Assembly (NCBI GenBank): GCA_002898235.1
Contig: BEIL01000004.1
Coordinates: 499-64,498, forward strand
Direction: 5' to 3'
DNA length: 64,000 bases
Origin: a bacterium HR35
GTDB lineage: Bacteria > Patescibacteriota > Minisyncoccia > UBA6257 > HR35
Shown: in pieces, positions 28,881 through 38,507 of the stretch
Numbering within the stretch: position 1 is the stretch's first letter
Layout: each line of letters begins with the position of its first letter
Notes under the pieces: generated by a model
Told to the model about the DNA's origin: nothing
The model's database searches: none
What the model saw: only the letters and a program-made list of their open reading frames with translations
Program-made: the position numbers and the translations under genes

Positions 28881-29267
28881 TTAAATTTTAACAAGACTTA
28901 AGATTAAAATTAAAATTGCTGAAGTATCCGCTAATAGACAATAAAGACAAAAAGACTTTAAAACAAAAACTTGAAGATAAATTAAATAAAGAGCGAAAAT
29001 TAATCCTAAAGATGAAACAATTTTTAATAAAACTTTAAACTTTTCAAAAAAATTCAAAATTAAAACACCACCAAAATAAAAAACTCCCCATAAAGCAACA
29101 GGAAGTCCTAAAAATTTACTGTATTTACTTTTCAAAACAAAATCGCAACTTGAATCAGGAAAACAAAAAGGCGAATTATTTTTAATGCCAATATAAAATA
29201 AATAAGAAGAAACTAAAAACCCGAGCAAACCTAAAATAAAAATCAAATTTTTCTGTTTTAATATCAT
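28881..29267 (-). CDS. Vitamin K epoxide reductase (VKOR) family protein
   Basis: C...SCDFVLKSKYS loop and FCLYC motif. Confidence 0.88.
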   Translation of the reverse strand: MILKQKNLIFILGLLGFLVSSYLFYIGIKNNSPFCFPDSSCDFVLKSKYSKFLGLPVALWGVFYFGGVLILNFFEKFKVLLKIVSSLGLIFALYLIYLQVFVLKSFCLYCLLADTSAILILILSLVKI

Positions 29268-29275
29268 TTAAAAAT

Positions 29276-29935
29276 TTAATACCACTTAGCTAAAATTACT
29301 TCAATATTTTTATTTTCTTTTTCAACCAATTCTTTAAATTTATTAACATCACTAAAACCAGTTTCTCCTCGATAATGATAAGGATAAACTTTTTTCGGCT
29401 GAAATTTTAAAACAGCCGAAACTGCTTGTTCAACAGACATTGTATAAGGTAAATTCATTGGCACAAAAGCAAGATTAATATTTTCCAAATTTCTCATTTC
29501 AGGAATATCCTCAGTATCACCAGCAATATAAACTCTAAAATTGTCTTTTTCAATTAAATAACCATTGCCTCTTCCTTTAGGATGAAACTCAAGTCTTTCA
29601 GGAGTTAAATTATACATTGGTAGAGCTTTAATTTTAAAATCTTGCCAATTTGTTTCTTCGTTATTATTTAAAATTTTTGCCTTTAGTTTTAGTTTTTCTA
29701 AAAGTTGATCACAAACTGCTTTCGGAACAATTAAATCAAATTCTCCTTTTTGGCTTAAACTTTCTAAAACATTATTATCTAAATGATCAAAATGAACATC
29801 AGTAATCAAAACTAAATTAGGTTTTGGTTGATTTTGATATAATTTTTTATCCCAAGCAGGATCAACATAAATTATCTTCCCATCCCAATCTAAAATAAAA
29901 GAAGCATGATAAATTGGAATTACTTTCGGTTCCAT
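29276..29935 (-). CDS. MBL-fold metallo-hydrolase
   Basis: HFDH, AGDT and PYHY motifs. Confidence 0.88.
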   Translation of the reverse strand: MEPKVIPIYHASFILDWDGKIIYVDPAWDKKLYQNQPKPNLVLITDVHFDHLDNNVLESLSQKGEFDLIVPKAVCDQLLEKLKLKAKILNNNEETNWQDFKIKALPMYNLTPERLEFHPKGRGNGYLIEKDNFRVYIAGDTEDIPEMRNLENINLAFVPMNLPYTMSVEQAVSAVLKFQPKKVYPYHYRGETGFSDVNKFKELVEKENKNIEVILAKWY

Positions 29936-29956
29936 GATTAAATTATAATCAAAATT

Positions 29957-30645
29957 ATGAAGTGCTTATTAAAAATTGAAAATTTTAAAATCGGAGAAAT
30001 TATTGAAAGAAAAAATAAATTTATTGTTAAGGCAAAAATTAAAAATAAGACTATTTTAGCTCATTTAAATAATACTGGAAGATTAGAAGAATTTATTAAA
30101 AAAGGAAAAATTGGTATATTTTTACCAATTAAAGGAAAGAAAACAAAATTCAGATTATCAATGATTAAAGAAAAAGATTCTGCCTCAATTATTGATACCT
30201 CGCTTCAAATGAGATGTTTTGAAATTGCCTTAGAAAATGGTTATATAAGTTGGCTAAAAGGGCAAAAGTTTTAAAAAGAAATTTTAGAATTAATAATTCT
30301 TTAATTGATTATTTAATTGAATACAAAAAGAAAAAGTATGTTTTGGAAGTTAAAAGTGCAGTAATGAAAAAAGGAATTTATGCTATGTATCCAGATTGTC
30401 CTTCAATTAGAGGTCAAAAGCATATTAAAGAATTAATTAACCATAAAAATTCAATTATCTTATTTATCGCTGGAATGAAAAACATTAAAGCTTTTAAACT
30501 AAATAAAGATGCTGACCAGAAAATCTATGAACTTTTAAAAATTGCTAAACAAAAAGGAGTTAAAGTTAAAGCTATTCAAATTTATTTTGATTTAAAAAGA
30601 AAAGAGGTTATTTTACAAGATGATGATTTAAAAGTGTTAATCTAA
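29957..30645 (+). pseudogene. sfsA: SfsA-family nuclease, split by a single frameshift
   Basis: HLNNTGRL in ORF 29957-30274; EVKS and YPDCPSIRGQKH in ORF 30250-30645. One extra base near 30260 would join them. Confidence 0.8.
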
Positions 30646-30699
30646 AATTTTAACTTTAATATATAATTTCCAAAAATAATTTCCAAAAATCTTATACAA

Positions 30700-30733
30700 A
30701 ATATTCTAATATTCTGCAGAATGTTAGAATATT
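30700..30733. repeat. 34-bp palindrome
   Basis: AATATTCTAATATTCTGCAGAATGTTAGAATATT, one mismatch, between convergent genes. Confidence 0.7.
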
Positions 30734-30787
30734 GTTTAGTATATATAAAATGTTTTTCCAAGATTATTAAATGTATACTTGATATGT

Positions 30788-31765
30788 TTATTTTTTTATT
30801 AATTTTTTAAATTCTTCAACTAAGGGAACTTTTTCTGGATCATGAGAATAATTAAGAGCTAAATAATAGCTTGTCCAATCGGCTAAAATTAATGAATTGA
30901 AAATTTTATGAAAAATCGAAGTTCCTTCAAAATTTATAGTTTCTATTCTAAAACCACGCTCACTAAATATTTTCTTAAAAACTTCCATTCTTTTTTGAAT
31001 TCGTGGATGATCGTCTTTATCTTTTAAAATAATAAAATAAAATTTTTCAACCAACTCTCTATTATCATTTTTTACATCAAAACTTGCCATCTCGTTGTGA
31101 TTGAATTCTGGAAAGACATTATAAAAAGCAGGAATTTTGGCAGTTTCGTTAAATTTAATCTTCCAGTTATAAGCAATGCCTAAATTTTCTGCTGAAGAAT
31201 AAATTATTGGGATAAAGCCTTTAATTTTTTCTGCTAATTCTTTTCCCTGCTCCTCAAATTCTTTTGGCTTTAGTAAATTTTTTAATTCATCTAATTCCTT
31301 TAATAAATCATCACGGCCAATTAATTTAACAATTGCTTTAATATTAAATCCTAAAGCAAAACGTGGCTGAATTTCTATATCTGGCATTTGAATATAAGGT
31401 AGATTATTTTCTTTAGCAAGTTCAATTAACTTGCCATTAGTTGAAACAACTGCTAAATTTAAATTTTTTTCAATTCCTTTCATAAGAAAATCAATTGTTT
31501 CTTCAGTGTTACCAGAATAAGAATTAGCAATTAAAAGTCTTTCTTTTAATTCTTTTTCGCTGATTTTAGGCAAACCATAATTTCGATGAATAAGTATATC
31601 AAGATATGGATCTCTAATTTTTAATAAATCAGGAGCTAAATTAGAACCACCCATACCCCCCACAACAAATTTCGAAAATTTAATTTTTAATTTATCTTCA
31701 TTTTCAATTTTAGGCTCATATTCAAATTGCTGATTAAAATTTTTTATTGCTTCATAAATATTCAT
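30788..31765 (-). CDS. Bifunctional phosphoglucose/phosphomannose isomerase
   Basis: GMGGS, SYSGNTEET, QPR, NETAK and PEFNHNE motifs. Confidence 0.9.
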   Translation of the reverse strand: MNIYEAIKNFNQQFEYEPKIENEDKLKIKFSKFVVGGMGGSNLAPDLLKIRDPYLDILIHRNYGLPKISEKELKERLLIANSYSGNTEETIDFLMKGIEKNLNLAVVSTNGKLIELAKENNLPYIQMPDIEIQPRFALGFNIKAIVKLIGRDDLLKELDELKNLLKPKEFEEQGKELAEKIKGFIPIIYSSAENLGIAYNWKIKFNETAKIPAFYNVFPEFNHNEMASFDVKNDNRELVEKFYFIILKDKDDHPRIQKRMEVFKKIFSERGFRIETINFEGTSIFHKIFNSLILADWTSYYLALNYSHDPEKVPLVEEFKKLIKK

Positions 31766-31766
31766 T

Positions 31767-32216
31767 TTAATCACATTTAATTTTATTTTCTCTTAAACTA
31801 TGTTCTTGCACTTTATCTTTATTATAAATATGCAAAACTTTAAAACCTAATTTCATTAATTCATCACTAACAAATCTACGATGGCATTTAAACCATAAAA
31901 TTTCAGCACACATAATTGCAGCTTGTTTATTTTTAGCTATTTTTATTAATTCTTCCAGTCCCTCTTTAAATTCTTCTGTTTTTGTATATTCTAAATAACC
32001 TCCCTTTCTAAAACCTCCTAATTTCTCTAGCCAAATATATTCAATTTCCTGCTTAGGCAATTCATTCTCCAAAACTTCTTTATTAAATTGAGGATTATGC
32101 CTTGAATGAGGAAAATGTCTAATATCTGCTAAAACTTCAATTTTAAAAATTTTTAAAACATCAATCAATTTTTCCAACTTTCTTGTTGAATGCCCAAGAG
32201 TATAAATTGTTATCAT
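31767..32216 (-). CDS. DUF488 family protein
   Basis: IYTLGHS, DIRHFP and MCAE...CHR motifs. Confidence 0.88.
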   Translation of the reverse strand: MITIYTLGHSTRKLEKLIDVLKIFKIEVLADIRHFPHSRHNPQFNKEVLENELPKQEIEYIWLEKLGGFRKGGYLEYTKTEEFKEGLEELIKIAKNKQAAIMCAEILWFKCHRRFVSDELMKLGFKVLHIYNKDKVQEHSLRENKIKCD

Positions 32217-32301
32217 TATAAAGTTAATTTATCTTATTATACCACCAAACCATTTTTTCTTTTATGGTCGCTTCATAACCAAAAACAAGAAATTTTTATT
32301 A

Positions 32302-32321
32302 TTATATTCTCGAGAATATAA
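32302..32321. repeat. 20-bp perfect palindrome
   Basis: TTATATTCTCGAGAATATAA; shares the TATTCT..AGAAT core with 30700-30733. Confidence 0.6.
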
Positions 32322-32451
32322 GAATGTTTTTTTCTATAGTAAAGGTAGGGTTGTAAGTACTGAGAGATTTTGGGTAATTTGATTTTTGTTGTCTTTATAT
32401 TATTATTCAGATACAATAAAATAAATAAACTAATAATAGAACAATCGTAAA

Positions 32452-34404
32452 ATGTCAGAAGAATTTAAACCAGGAGGGTTTTTAAAGAAAAGATATTGGG
32501 GATTTGAAGATTTTAGAAATGCGGTAGCAAGAGCAAGTAAAAGAAAAATAGGTAAAATTCTTCCTAAGCCTGAGGAGCAAATTCCTCATTATATTCAAAG
32601 GATTATAGATATTTTAAAAAAAGAAAGGGGCAAGGAATTATTTAAAAAACAAATACTTTATAAAAGATTTATTATTAAACCCGAAAGGATACCAGAAGAC
32701 TATTTTAAAAATGTTTTATTAGGCAATTTTGCTGAAAGATTAGGATATACAAGAGAACAATTAAAAGATCCCCAAATTAGACAAGCTGTAATTAAGCTAT
32801 TTGAAGAGCGAACAGGTCAATCTTTTGAAACTTATCAAATTCCAAAAGAAGAAAAAGAACAATTAATCCAACAAATAATTGAAGATCAAAAAAGAAGTTT
32901 AGATAGATGGTTTGATTATTTAACTTCTCCTGAGGCTGAAAATTATCCTCCTGAATTTAGATATTGGGTTTTTGCTGAAGTTTTAGGATGCGGAAATTAT
33001 GATGAAGAAAGAAAAGAATACAATGAGAGAACAAAAACAACAGTTGCTCCTTTTCCTGAACTTAATTCTCAAGCTTTAGCTTTATTAATTAATGAACTTA
33101 TTAGAAAAGAACAAAAAAAACCGTCGGGGTTAATTAATTTAACTGAAGAACAACGAAAAGAATGGCAAAATCTCATTCATTTTTCAAATGGTATTGTTCC
33201 TAGAGTAGCGATAGTTTTTAATAGAGATTTAAATCAAATAACTGAAATAAGAGGAATTGCAAAGGGTCAAAACCTGGATCCATATATTGCTCCTATTGTT
33301 GAAGAAGCTTTAACTGAAGGATTAGAAATAGAAGGAGAAAAAAGAAAACTTGCTGGTTCAGAAAGATATCTCAGGGCAGCTCAAGATATGAGGAGATTAG
33401 CTGAAATTTATATAAAACATTTACAAAAGCAGGAATTAACATCTGAAGAACTAAGATTTTTGTATGAAATAGATAGAGAAATAATAGGATTTGGTTATGA
33501 AAGAGATCCGAGGATAGAAGAAATTTTAAGAGGGCGAGATCTTGAAAAAGATTTAGCTAAAATTTTTGATTGTAGGGAAGATCAAATTGCTTTAGAAGCT
33601 GATAAAGTTACAGATGAAACAGTTGTTTTATGGGGAGATTTTACTTCTAAAATAGCACAAACGTGGACGAAGTTTCCTAATAATTTAAAATTTATCAGAG
33701 GAGATGCTGATTTTAGAAATTCACAAGTAGAAGATTTAGGGAATTTAAGAAGAATAGGTGGAAATGCTTATTTGGGAAATTCAAGAATTAAAACATTAAA
33801 AAATCTAGAAGAAATTGGGGGGTATGTTTATTTTGCAAATTCACAAGTAGAAGATTTAGGGAATTTAAGAAGAATAGGAAGATCTGTCACTTTTGTGAAT
33901 TCAAGAATCACAACACTAAACAATCTAGAAGAAATTGGAGAAGATGTTGATTTTAGAAATTCACAAGTAAAAGATTTGGGGAATTTAAGAAGAATAAGAG
34001 GGTCTGTTATTTTTGCGAATTCAAAAATCACGACATTGAAAAATTTAGAAGAAATTGGGGGATATGCTAATTTTAGAAATTCACAAGTAGAAGATTTGGG
34101 GAATTTAAGAAGAATAATGGGGGATGCTATTTTTACGAATTCAATAATTAAAACATTAAACAATTTAGAAGAAATTGGGGGATATGCTGGTTTTGAAAAT
34201 TCACAAGTAGAAGATTTAGGGAATTTAAGAAGAATAGGGTGGAACGCTTATTTTGGAAATGCACCAATAAAGAATTTAGGTAGGTTAGAAGAAATAGGTG
34301 GAAGCTGTTATGTAAGTAAAGAAAACCAAGAATTGATAAAATTATTAGAAGAAAGGGGCTTTGGCAATAAAATAATAATATACACAATAAAATATACACA
34401 ATAA
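32452..34404 (+). CDS. Hypothetical protein with C-terminal LRR/L-domain-like solenoid repeats
   Basis: 650 aa; about ten 20-aa units alternating NSQVEDLGNLRRIG and NS.IKTL.NLEEIG. Confidence 0.8.
   Translation: MSEEFKPGGFLKKRYWGFEDFRNAVARASKRKIGKILPKPEEQIPHYIQRIIDILKKERGKELFKKQILYKRFIIKPERIPEDYFKNVLLGNFAERLGYTREQLKDPQIRQAVIKLFEERTGQSFETYQIPKEEKEQLIQQIIEDQKRSLDRWFDYLTSPEAENYPPEFRYWVFAEVLGCGNYDEERKEYNERTKTTVAPFPELNSQALALLINELIRKEQKKPSGLINLTEEQRKEWQNLIHFSNGIVPRVAIVFNRDLNQITEIRGIAKGQNLDPYIAPIVEEALTEGLEIEGEKRKLAGSERYLRAAQDMRRLAEIYIKHLQKQELTSEELRFLYEIDREIIGFGYERDPRIEEILRGRDLEKDLAKIFDCREDQIALEADKVTDETVVLWGDFTSKIAQTWTKFPNNLKFIRGDADFRNSQVEDLGNLRRIGGNAYLGNSRIKTLKNLEEIGGYVYFANSQVEDLGNLRRIGRSVTFVNSRITTLNNLEEIGEDVDFRNSQVKDLGNLRRIRGSVIFANSKITTLKNLEEIGGYANFRNSQVEDLGNLRRIMGDAIFTNSIIKTLNNLEEIGGYAGFENSQVEDLGNLRRIGWNAYFGNAPIKNLGRLEEIGGSCYVSKENQELIKLLEERGFGNKIIIYTIKYTQ
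33700..34305 (+). repeat. 120-bp coding tandem repeat (5 copies)
   Basis: AATTCACAAGTA(G/A)AAGATTT at 33718, 33838, 33958, 34078 and 34198. Confidence 0.9.
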
Positions 34405-34408
34405 TACG

Positions 34409-35026
34409 TTAATAAAGCTTAAATTTAGCAAAATAAAAACTTTCTGAAGGAGAAGCGCCGATAATATCTTTCTGATAAAAAGTATAGTAAAAAACTCCAT
34501 AATTTAATTTTTCATTTTTGGGCACAAAACCAGCAATATAAAAATCTCTTTCACCTTGACCAGTAATTATTCCCTCTTCTGGTTCTCTTTTTCTAAAATC
34601 TAAACTATAACAATAAGAAAAGTTTTTATCGCAAGCAAGGCCTAAAATATTTGAATTAACTATATGATTGTGATATTCTCCTGATAGTCTTTTTACTTTT
34701 AAATGAAAATATAAAATTTTTGAATTCTCATCTGCTTTAAGTTTGCCTGCTCCTGGAAAATTCAGTTCATCATATTTTTTATATTCCAATAAATTAATTT
34801 TCGCATCTTTTTCTCCGAGCTGACCAAAAAGCACTTCTTTATTTAACTCTAAATCAATAGCAAAAGAAGAAGATAAATCACTTTTTACTCTTTCAAGATA
34901 TTTTTGGTCAGTTATTTTATATGGCTCGAAAGTTTTAGGCTTATTTTGTTGATTTTTAACACTAATAAAACCAGCAATAACTAAAATCAATATTCCTAAA
35001 AATAAAAATTTAAATATCTTTTTCAT
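34409..35026 (-). CDS. Hypothetical membrane-anchored/exported protein
   Basis: 205 aa with an N-terminal hydrophobic segment. Confidence 0.6.
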   Translation of the reverse strand: MKKIFKFLFLGILILVIAGFISVKNQQNKPKTFEPYKITDQKYLERVKSDLSSSFAIDLELNKEVLFGQLGEKDAKINLLEYKKYDELNFPGAGKLKADENSKILYFHLKVKRLSGEYHNHIVNSNILGLACDKNFSYCYSLDFRKREPEEGIITGQGERDFYIAGFVPKNEKLNYGVFYYTFYQKDIIGASPSESFYFAKFKLY

Positions 35027-35030
35027 ATTG

Positions 35031-35336
35031 TTATTTTACCACTTCTTTCAACCACTTTAGATATTTTTCATTGACATCATTAATTTTAATTTTTAAAATA
35101 CAAGGTACTGAATAAGGATGAATTTTTTCAACTAATTTTTTTACTTTTTCATAATTTTTATCTAAAGTTTTAGCAATTAAAACATATTCTTTGTCTTTGA
35201 CAATTTTTCCTTGCCAAGAGTAAAGACTATCAATTGAAAAAATATTAGCACAACCAATAAGTTTTTGCTTTAAGAGTTCAGTAGTTATTTTAAGTGCTGT
35301 TTTTTTATTAGGATTAGTTATATAAATAAAAATCAT
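35031..35336 (-). CDS. cutA: Divalent-cation tolerance protein CutA
   Basis: LIGCANI, SLYSWQG and HPYSVPCI motifs. Confidence 0.92.
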   Translation of the reverse strand: MIFIYITNPNKKTALKITTELLKQKLIGCANIFSIDSLYSWQGKIVKDKEYVLIAKTLDKNYEKVKKLVEKIHPYSVPCILKIKINDVNEKYLKWLKEVVK

Positions 35337-35339
35337 ATT

Positions 35340-37508
35340 TTAAAACTTTTGAAGTGAAATTGGCCTTTTGCTGCCAATCATTTTTAAGTTTATATATTCA
35401 GTGGTTATTGGTATAAAGGGATTAAGGATTTTAAGAAGATTATTTAAAAGATAAGCCAATATTGTTTGGGTGTTCTTTTTTAATTTTTTATCTTTAAGTT
35501 GTTCTTTTGATTTTTCAAGATAAATATCAGCTAATCTTCGCCAAGTATAGAAATAAACTTCATTTAAAGCTTTGTAAATTTCAAAGTTATCCATATGTTT
35601 AAAATACTTTTCTAACATTTTTCTTTCTTCACTTAAAATCATTTTATCTGCTTGAGTTTTTGGTTTTGGTTTTTTAGGATTCTTTAAAATTTTTTTCGGA
35701 CAATTTAAAGCAATAAAACGAGCAATATTCCAAACTTTATTAACAAAATTTCTAGCTCCAGTTACTTTCTCCCAACTATATCTTAAATCTTCTCCCGGCG
35801 GATTATTAATAAGCAAACTTATTCTTAAAGAATCAACTCCATAATCTTTTATGACTTCATCAGGATTAATCACATTACCTTTTGATTTTGACATTTTTTC
35901 TCCCTTCTCATCTCTAATAATTCCATGAAGATAAACAATTTTAAATGGTACTTTACCTGTTAGATATAAACCAAACATAATCATTCGTGCTACCCAAAAG
36001 TAGAGAATATCATGGCCAGTTTCCATAACCGATGTCGGATAAAAGGCTTCAAAATATGTTGAGCTAAACAAGAGTTTTTCTTTTTTCTTTTTAATTTTTT
36101 TCCCACTCAAAAGAAGAGTAACTACTGGCCAAAGCGAAGAGGAAAACCAAGTATCAAAAACATGATTTTCTCTTTGCAAATTTTTAGAATAACAAAAACG
36201 ACAAGTTTTTAATTTATTTTTACTTACATTTAGATGACCATTTTCGCAAGTATAAACAGGCAAAGGAATTCCCCAAATAATTTGTCTAGTAATATTCCAG
36301 TCTTGAATTTCTTTTAGCCAATTGATTATTCTTTTTTTCCCATATTCAGGAATAAACTTAATTTCTCCTTTTTGAATTGCTCTAATAGCCAATTCAGCTA
36401 AAGGTTTCATTTTTAAAAACCACTGCTCGGTTGGGATAATTTCAATTTTATTTTCACATTTGTAGCAAATAGGCACTTTATGAAGATATTCTTCTTCTTT
36501 CACTAAATAACCCTCGGTTTTTAATTTTTCTAAAATAACTTCTTTTGCTTCTTCTACTTTTAGACCTTTTAAAAAGTAAGCATTTTCATTTAAGCGACCA
36601 TCAACAGAAATAATTGATGGATAATCTTGAATTTTGTGTTTTTGAGCAATCAACCAATCAGTAAAATCATGAGCTGGAGTAATTTTCAGAACCCCTGTTC
36701 CAAAATTTAGATCAACTAAATTATCAGCGATTATTGGGATTTCTTTATTGATTAGAGGAATTAAAGCTTTTTTGCCAAGATAAGATTTGTATCTTTTATC
36801 TTTAGGATTAATAGCTAAAGCTACATCAGCAAAAATAGTTTCTGGACGAGTAGTAGCTATAGTTAAAAATTCTTGACTATCTTTAAGATAATACTTAAGA
36901 AAATAAAGCTTTCCTCTCTCTTCTCTATATTCAACTTCTAAATCGGAAAAACCCGTTTGATGATGAACGCAAAAATTTATGGGCCTTAAACTCTTATAAA
37001 TTAATCCTTCGTTATAAAGCTTTTCGAAAACATAATAAACAAAATCAATTACTCCTTTATCAAAGGTGTATCTTTCTTTACTCCAATCAGCCGAAACCCA
37101 CATTGATTGCATTTGTTCTCTAATTTTTTTCTTGTTTTCTTCTACAAATTTATTGATTAATTGATAAAATTCTTCAGCGGAATAGTCAAATCTACTTTTT
37201 CCTTCTTTTGCTAATCTTCTTTCAATAACTACTTGAGTTTCAAAACCAGCATGGTCAAAACCAGGAAGCCAAAATGAAGTGTAGCCTTTAAGCCTGAAAT
37301 ATCTTATCATTGCATCTTGAAGAGAAAGAAAAAGAGCATGGCCTAAATGAAGTTCACCATTAGCATTAGGTGGAGGCATAATGATACAAAATTTATTTTT
37401 GTTTTTGAGATCCTTTTCTTTTATGTAAAAAATTTTTTCACCATACTTTTTTAAAATTTCCTTTTCTGCTTCTTTAAAATCAATTCGTGATGGTATCTCC
37501 TTCATCAT
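35340..37508 (-). CDS. valS: Valine--tRNA ligase
   Basis: PPPN..G.LHLGH, TTRPET, DTWFSS and KMSKS motifs; lacks the C-terminal coiled coil. Confidence 0.95.
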   Translation of the reverse strand: MMKEIPSRIDFKEAEKEILKKYGEKIFYIKEKDLKNKNKFCIIMPPPNANGELHLGHALFLSLQDAMIRYFRLKGYTSFWLPGFDHAGFETQVVIERRLAKEGKSRFDYSAEEFYQLINKFVEENKKKIREQMQSMWVSADWSKERYTFDKGVIDFVYYVFEKLYNEGLIYKSLRPINFCVHHQTGFSDLEVEYREERGKLYFLKYYLKDSQEFLTIATTRPETIFADVALAINPKDKRYKSYLGKKALIPLINKEIPIIADNLVDLNFGTGVLKITPAHDFTDWLIAQKHKIQDYPSIISVDGRLNENAYFLKGLKVEEAKEVILEKLKTEGYLVKEEEYLHKVPICYKCENKIEIIPTEQWFLKMKPLAELAIRAIQKGEIKFIPEYGKKRIINWLKEIQDWNITRQIIWGIPLPVYTCENGHLNVSKNKLKTCRFCYSKNLQRENHVFDTWFSSSLWPVVTLLLSGKKIKKKKEKLLFSSTYFEAFYPTSVMETGHDILYFWVARMIMFGLYLTGKVPFKIVYLHGIIRDEKGEKMSKSKGNVINPDEVIKDYGVDSLRISLLINNPPGEDLRYSWEKVTGARNFVNKVWNIARFIALNCPKKILKNPKKPKPKTQADKMILSEERKMLEKYFKHMDNFEIYKALNEVYFYTWRRLADIYLEKSKEQLKDKKLKKNTQTILAYLLNNLLKILNPFIPITTEYINLKMIGSKRPISLQKF

Positions 37509-37518
37509 CTTTTATCTT

Positions 37519-37908
37519 TTATTTTATAGCAAAAATCAAAAGAAAAATCAAAATCGCTGATAAATCGGCAATTAGACAAAACGGACAAAGAGTTTTAATT
37601 ATAAAAAATTGAAGAAATAAAAGATAAGAGGAAAACAAAAAACCAATAGTGGAAACAAATTTCAATAAGTTAATCTTATTTAAAAAATTTAAAATTAAAA
37701 TAGAAGAAAAATAAATTACTCCCCAGAGTGATACAGGAATTTTTAAAAAATAACTATAGCTACTAGAAAGAACTTTATCACAGCCATTTAAACCGCATTG
37801 CAGTCCTTTCCCCTGGAAATTTAATAAAGTAAGATATAAAGAAACTAATAAAGATAAAATTGCTAAAAAATTTATTAAATATTTTTTATTTTTTCTAATA
37901 AAGTCCAT
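37519..37908 (-). CDS. VKOR family protein
   Basis: CGLNGCDKVLSS and LCPFC motifs. Confidence 0.88.
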   Translation of the reverse strand: MDFIRKNKKYLINFLAILSLLVSLYLTLLNFQGKGLQCGLNGCDKVLSSSYSYFLKIPVSLWGVIYFSSILILNFLNKINLLKFVSTIGFLFSSYLLFLQFFIIKTLCPFCLIADLSAILIFLLIFAIK

Positions 37909-37910
37909 AG

Positions 37911-38507
37911 TTAAATTCTTTGATAAATTCTATAGGTGGCTATTCCCCAATTCATTCTTACTTCTCCTTCATCAATTATTTTTAAATCTTGAGAATTTTC
38001 TAAACGCTTAGTGATAACAATTATTCTAGCTCCTTTATTTAATTTAAGAAATTTTTTTTCAAGAATTTTTACTTCTTCATCAGGCAAACAAGTAATATGA
38101 GCAAAAATAATTGTTCCATCGCTAAAATCAGCTTTAAGATAATCTTCTTTTCTAAATTCAATTTCATTCAAATCAGAAAAGTAATTTTTTGCTTTTGAGG
38201 CAACTTCTTGAGAAGCTTTTAATAATGAAGGTAAAAGCTCAAAACCAATAGCTTTTTTTATTTTATAAACTAAACTAATTGCTAAACATGGTTTTCCTAA
38301 ACCAGAACCTAAATCATAAAAAATATCTTCTTGATTGGGGTTTACTTTGCTTAACAAATTTATAAATCCATCGAAAGAAATTTCTCCATAAACAAAATCG
38401 GAACTAGTTATACCTAAATTTGCTTTATCAGTTGAAGAAAGTTGATAGCCATCATAATCTTTATAAATTTCTTCGAAAACTTTTTTGGCTAAATTAATGT
38501 CTCTCAT
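37911..38507 (-). CDS. Class I SAM methyltransferase, DOT1-like
   Basis: VYGEI, FYDLGSGLGK and GFEL motifs. Confidence 0.75.
   Translation of the reverse strand: MRDINLAKKVFEEIYKDYDGYQLSSTDKANLGITSSDFVYGEISFDGFINLLSKVNPNQEDIFYDLGSGLGKPCLAISLVYKIKKAIGFELLPSLLKASQEVASKAKNYFSDLNEIEFRKEDYLKADFSDGTIIFAHITCLPDEEVKILEKKFLKLNKGARIIVITKRLENSQDLKIIDEGEVRMNWGIATYRIYQRI

Noticed and set aside
33700-34305. Diversity-generating retroelement target
   Set aside because: No reverse transcriptase or separate template repeat in the window; the repeats are ordinary tandem coding units.
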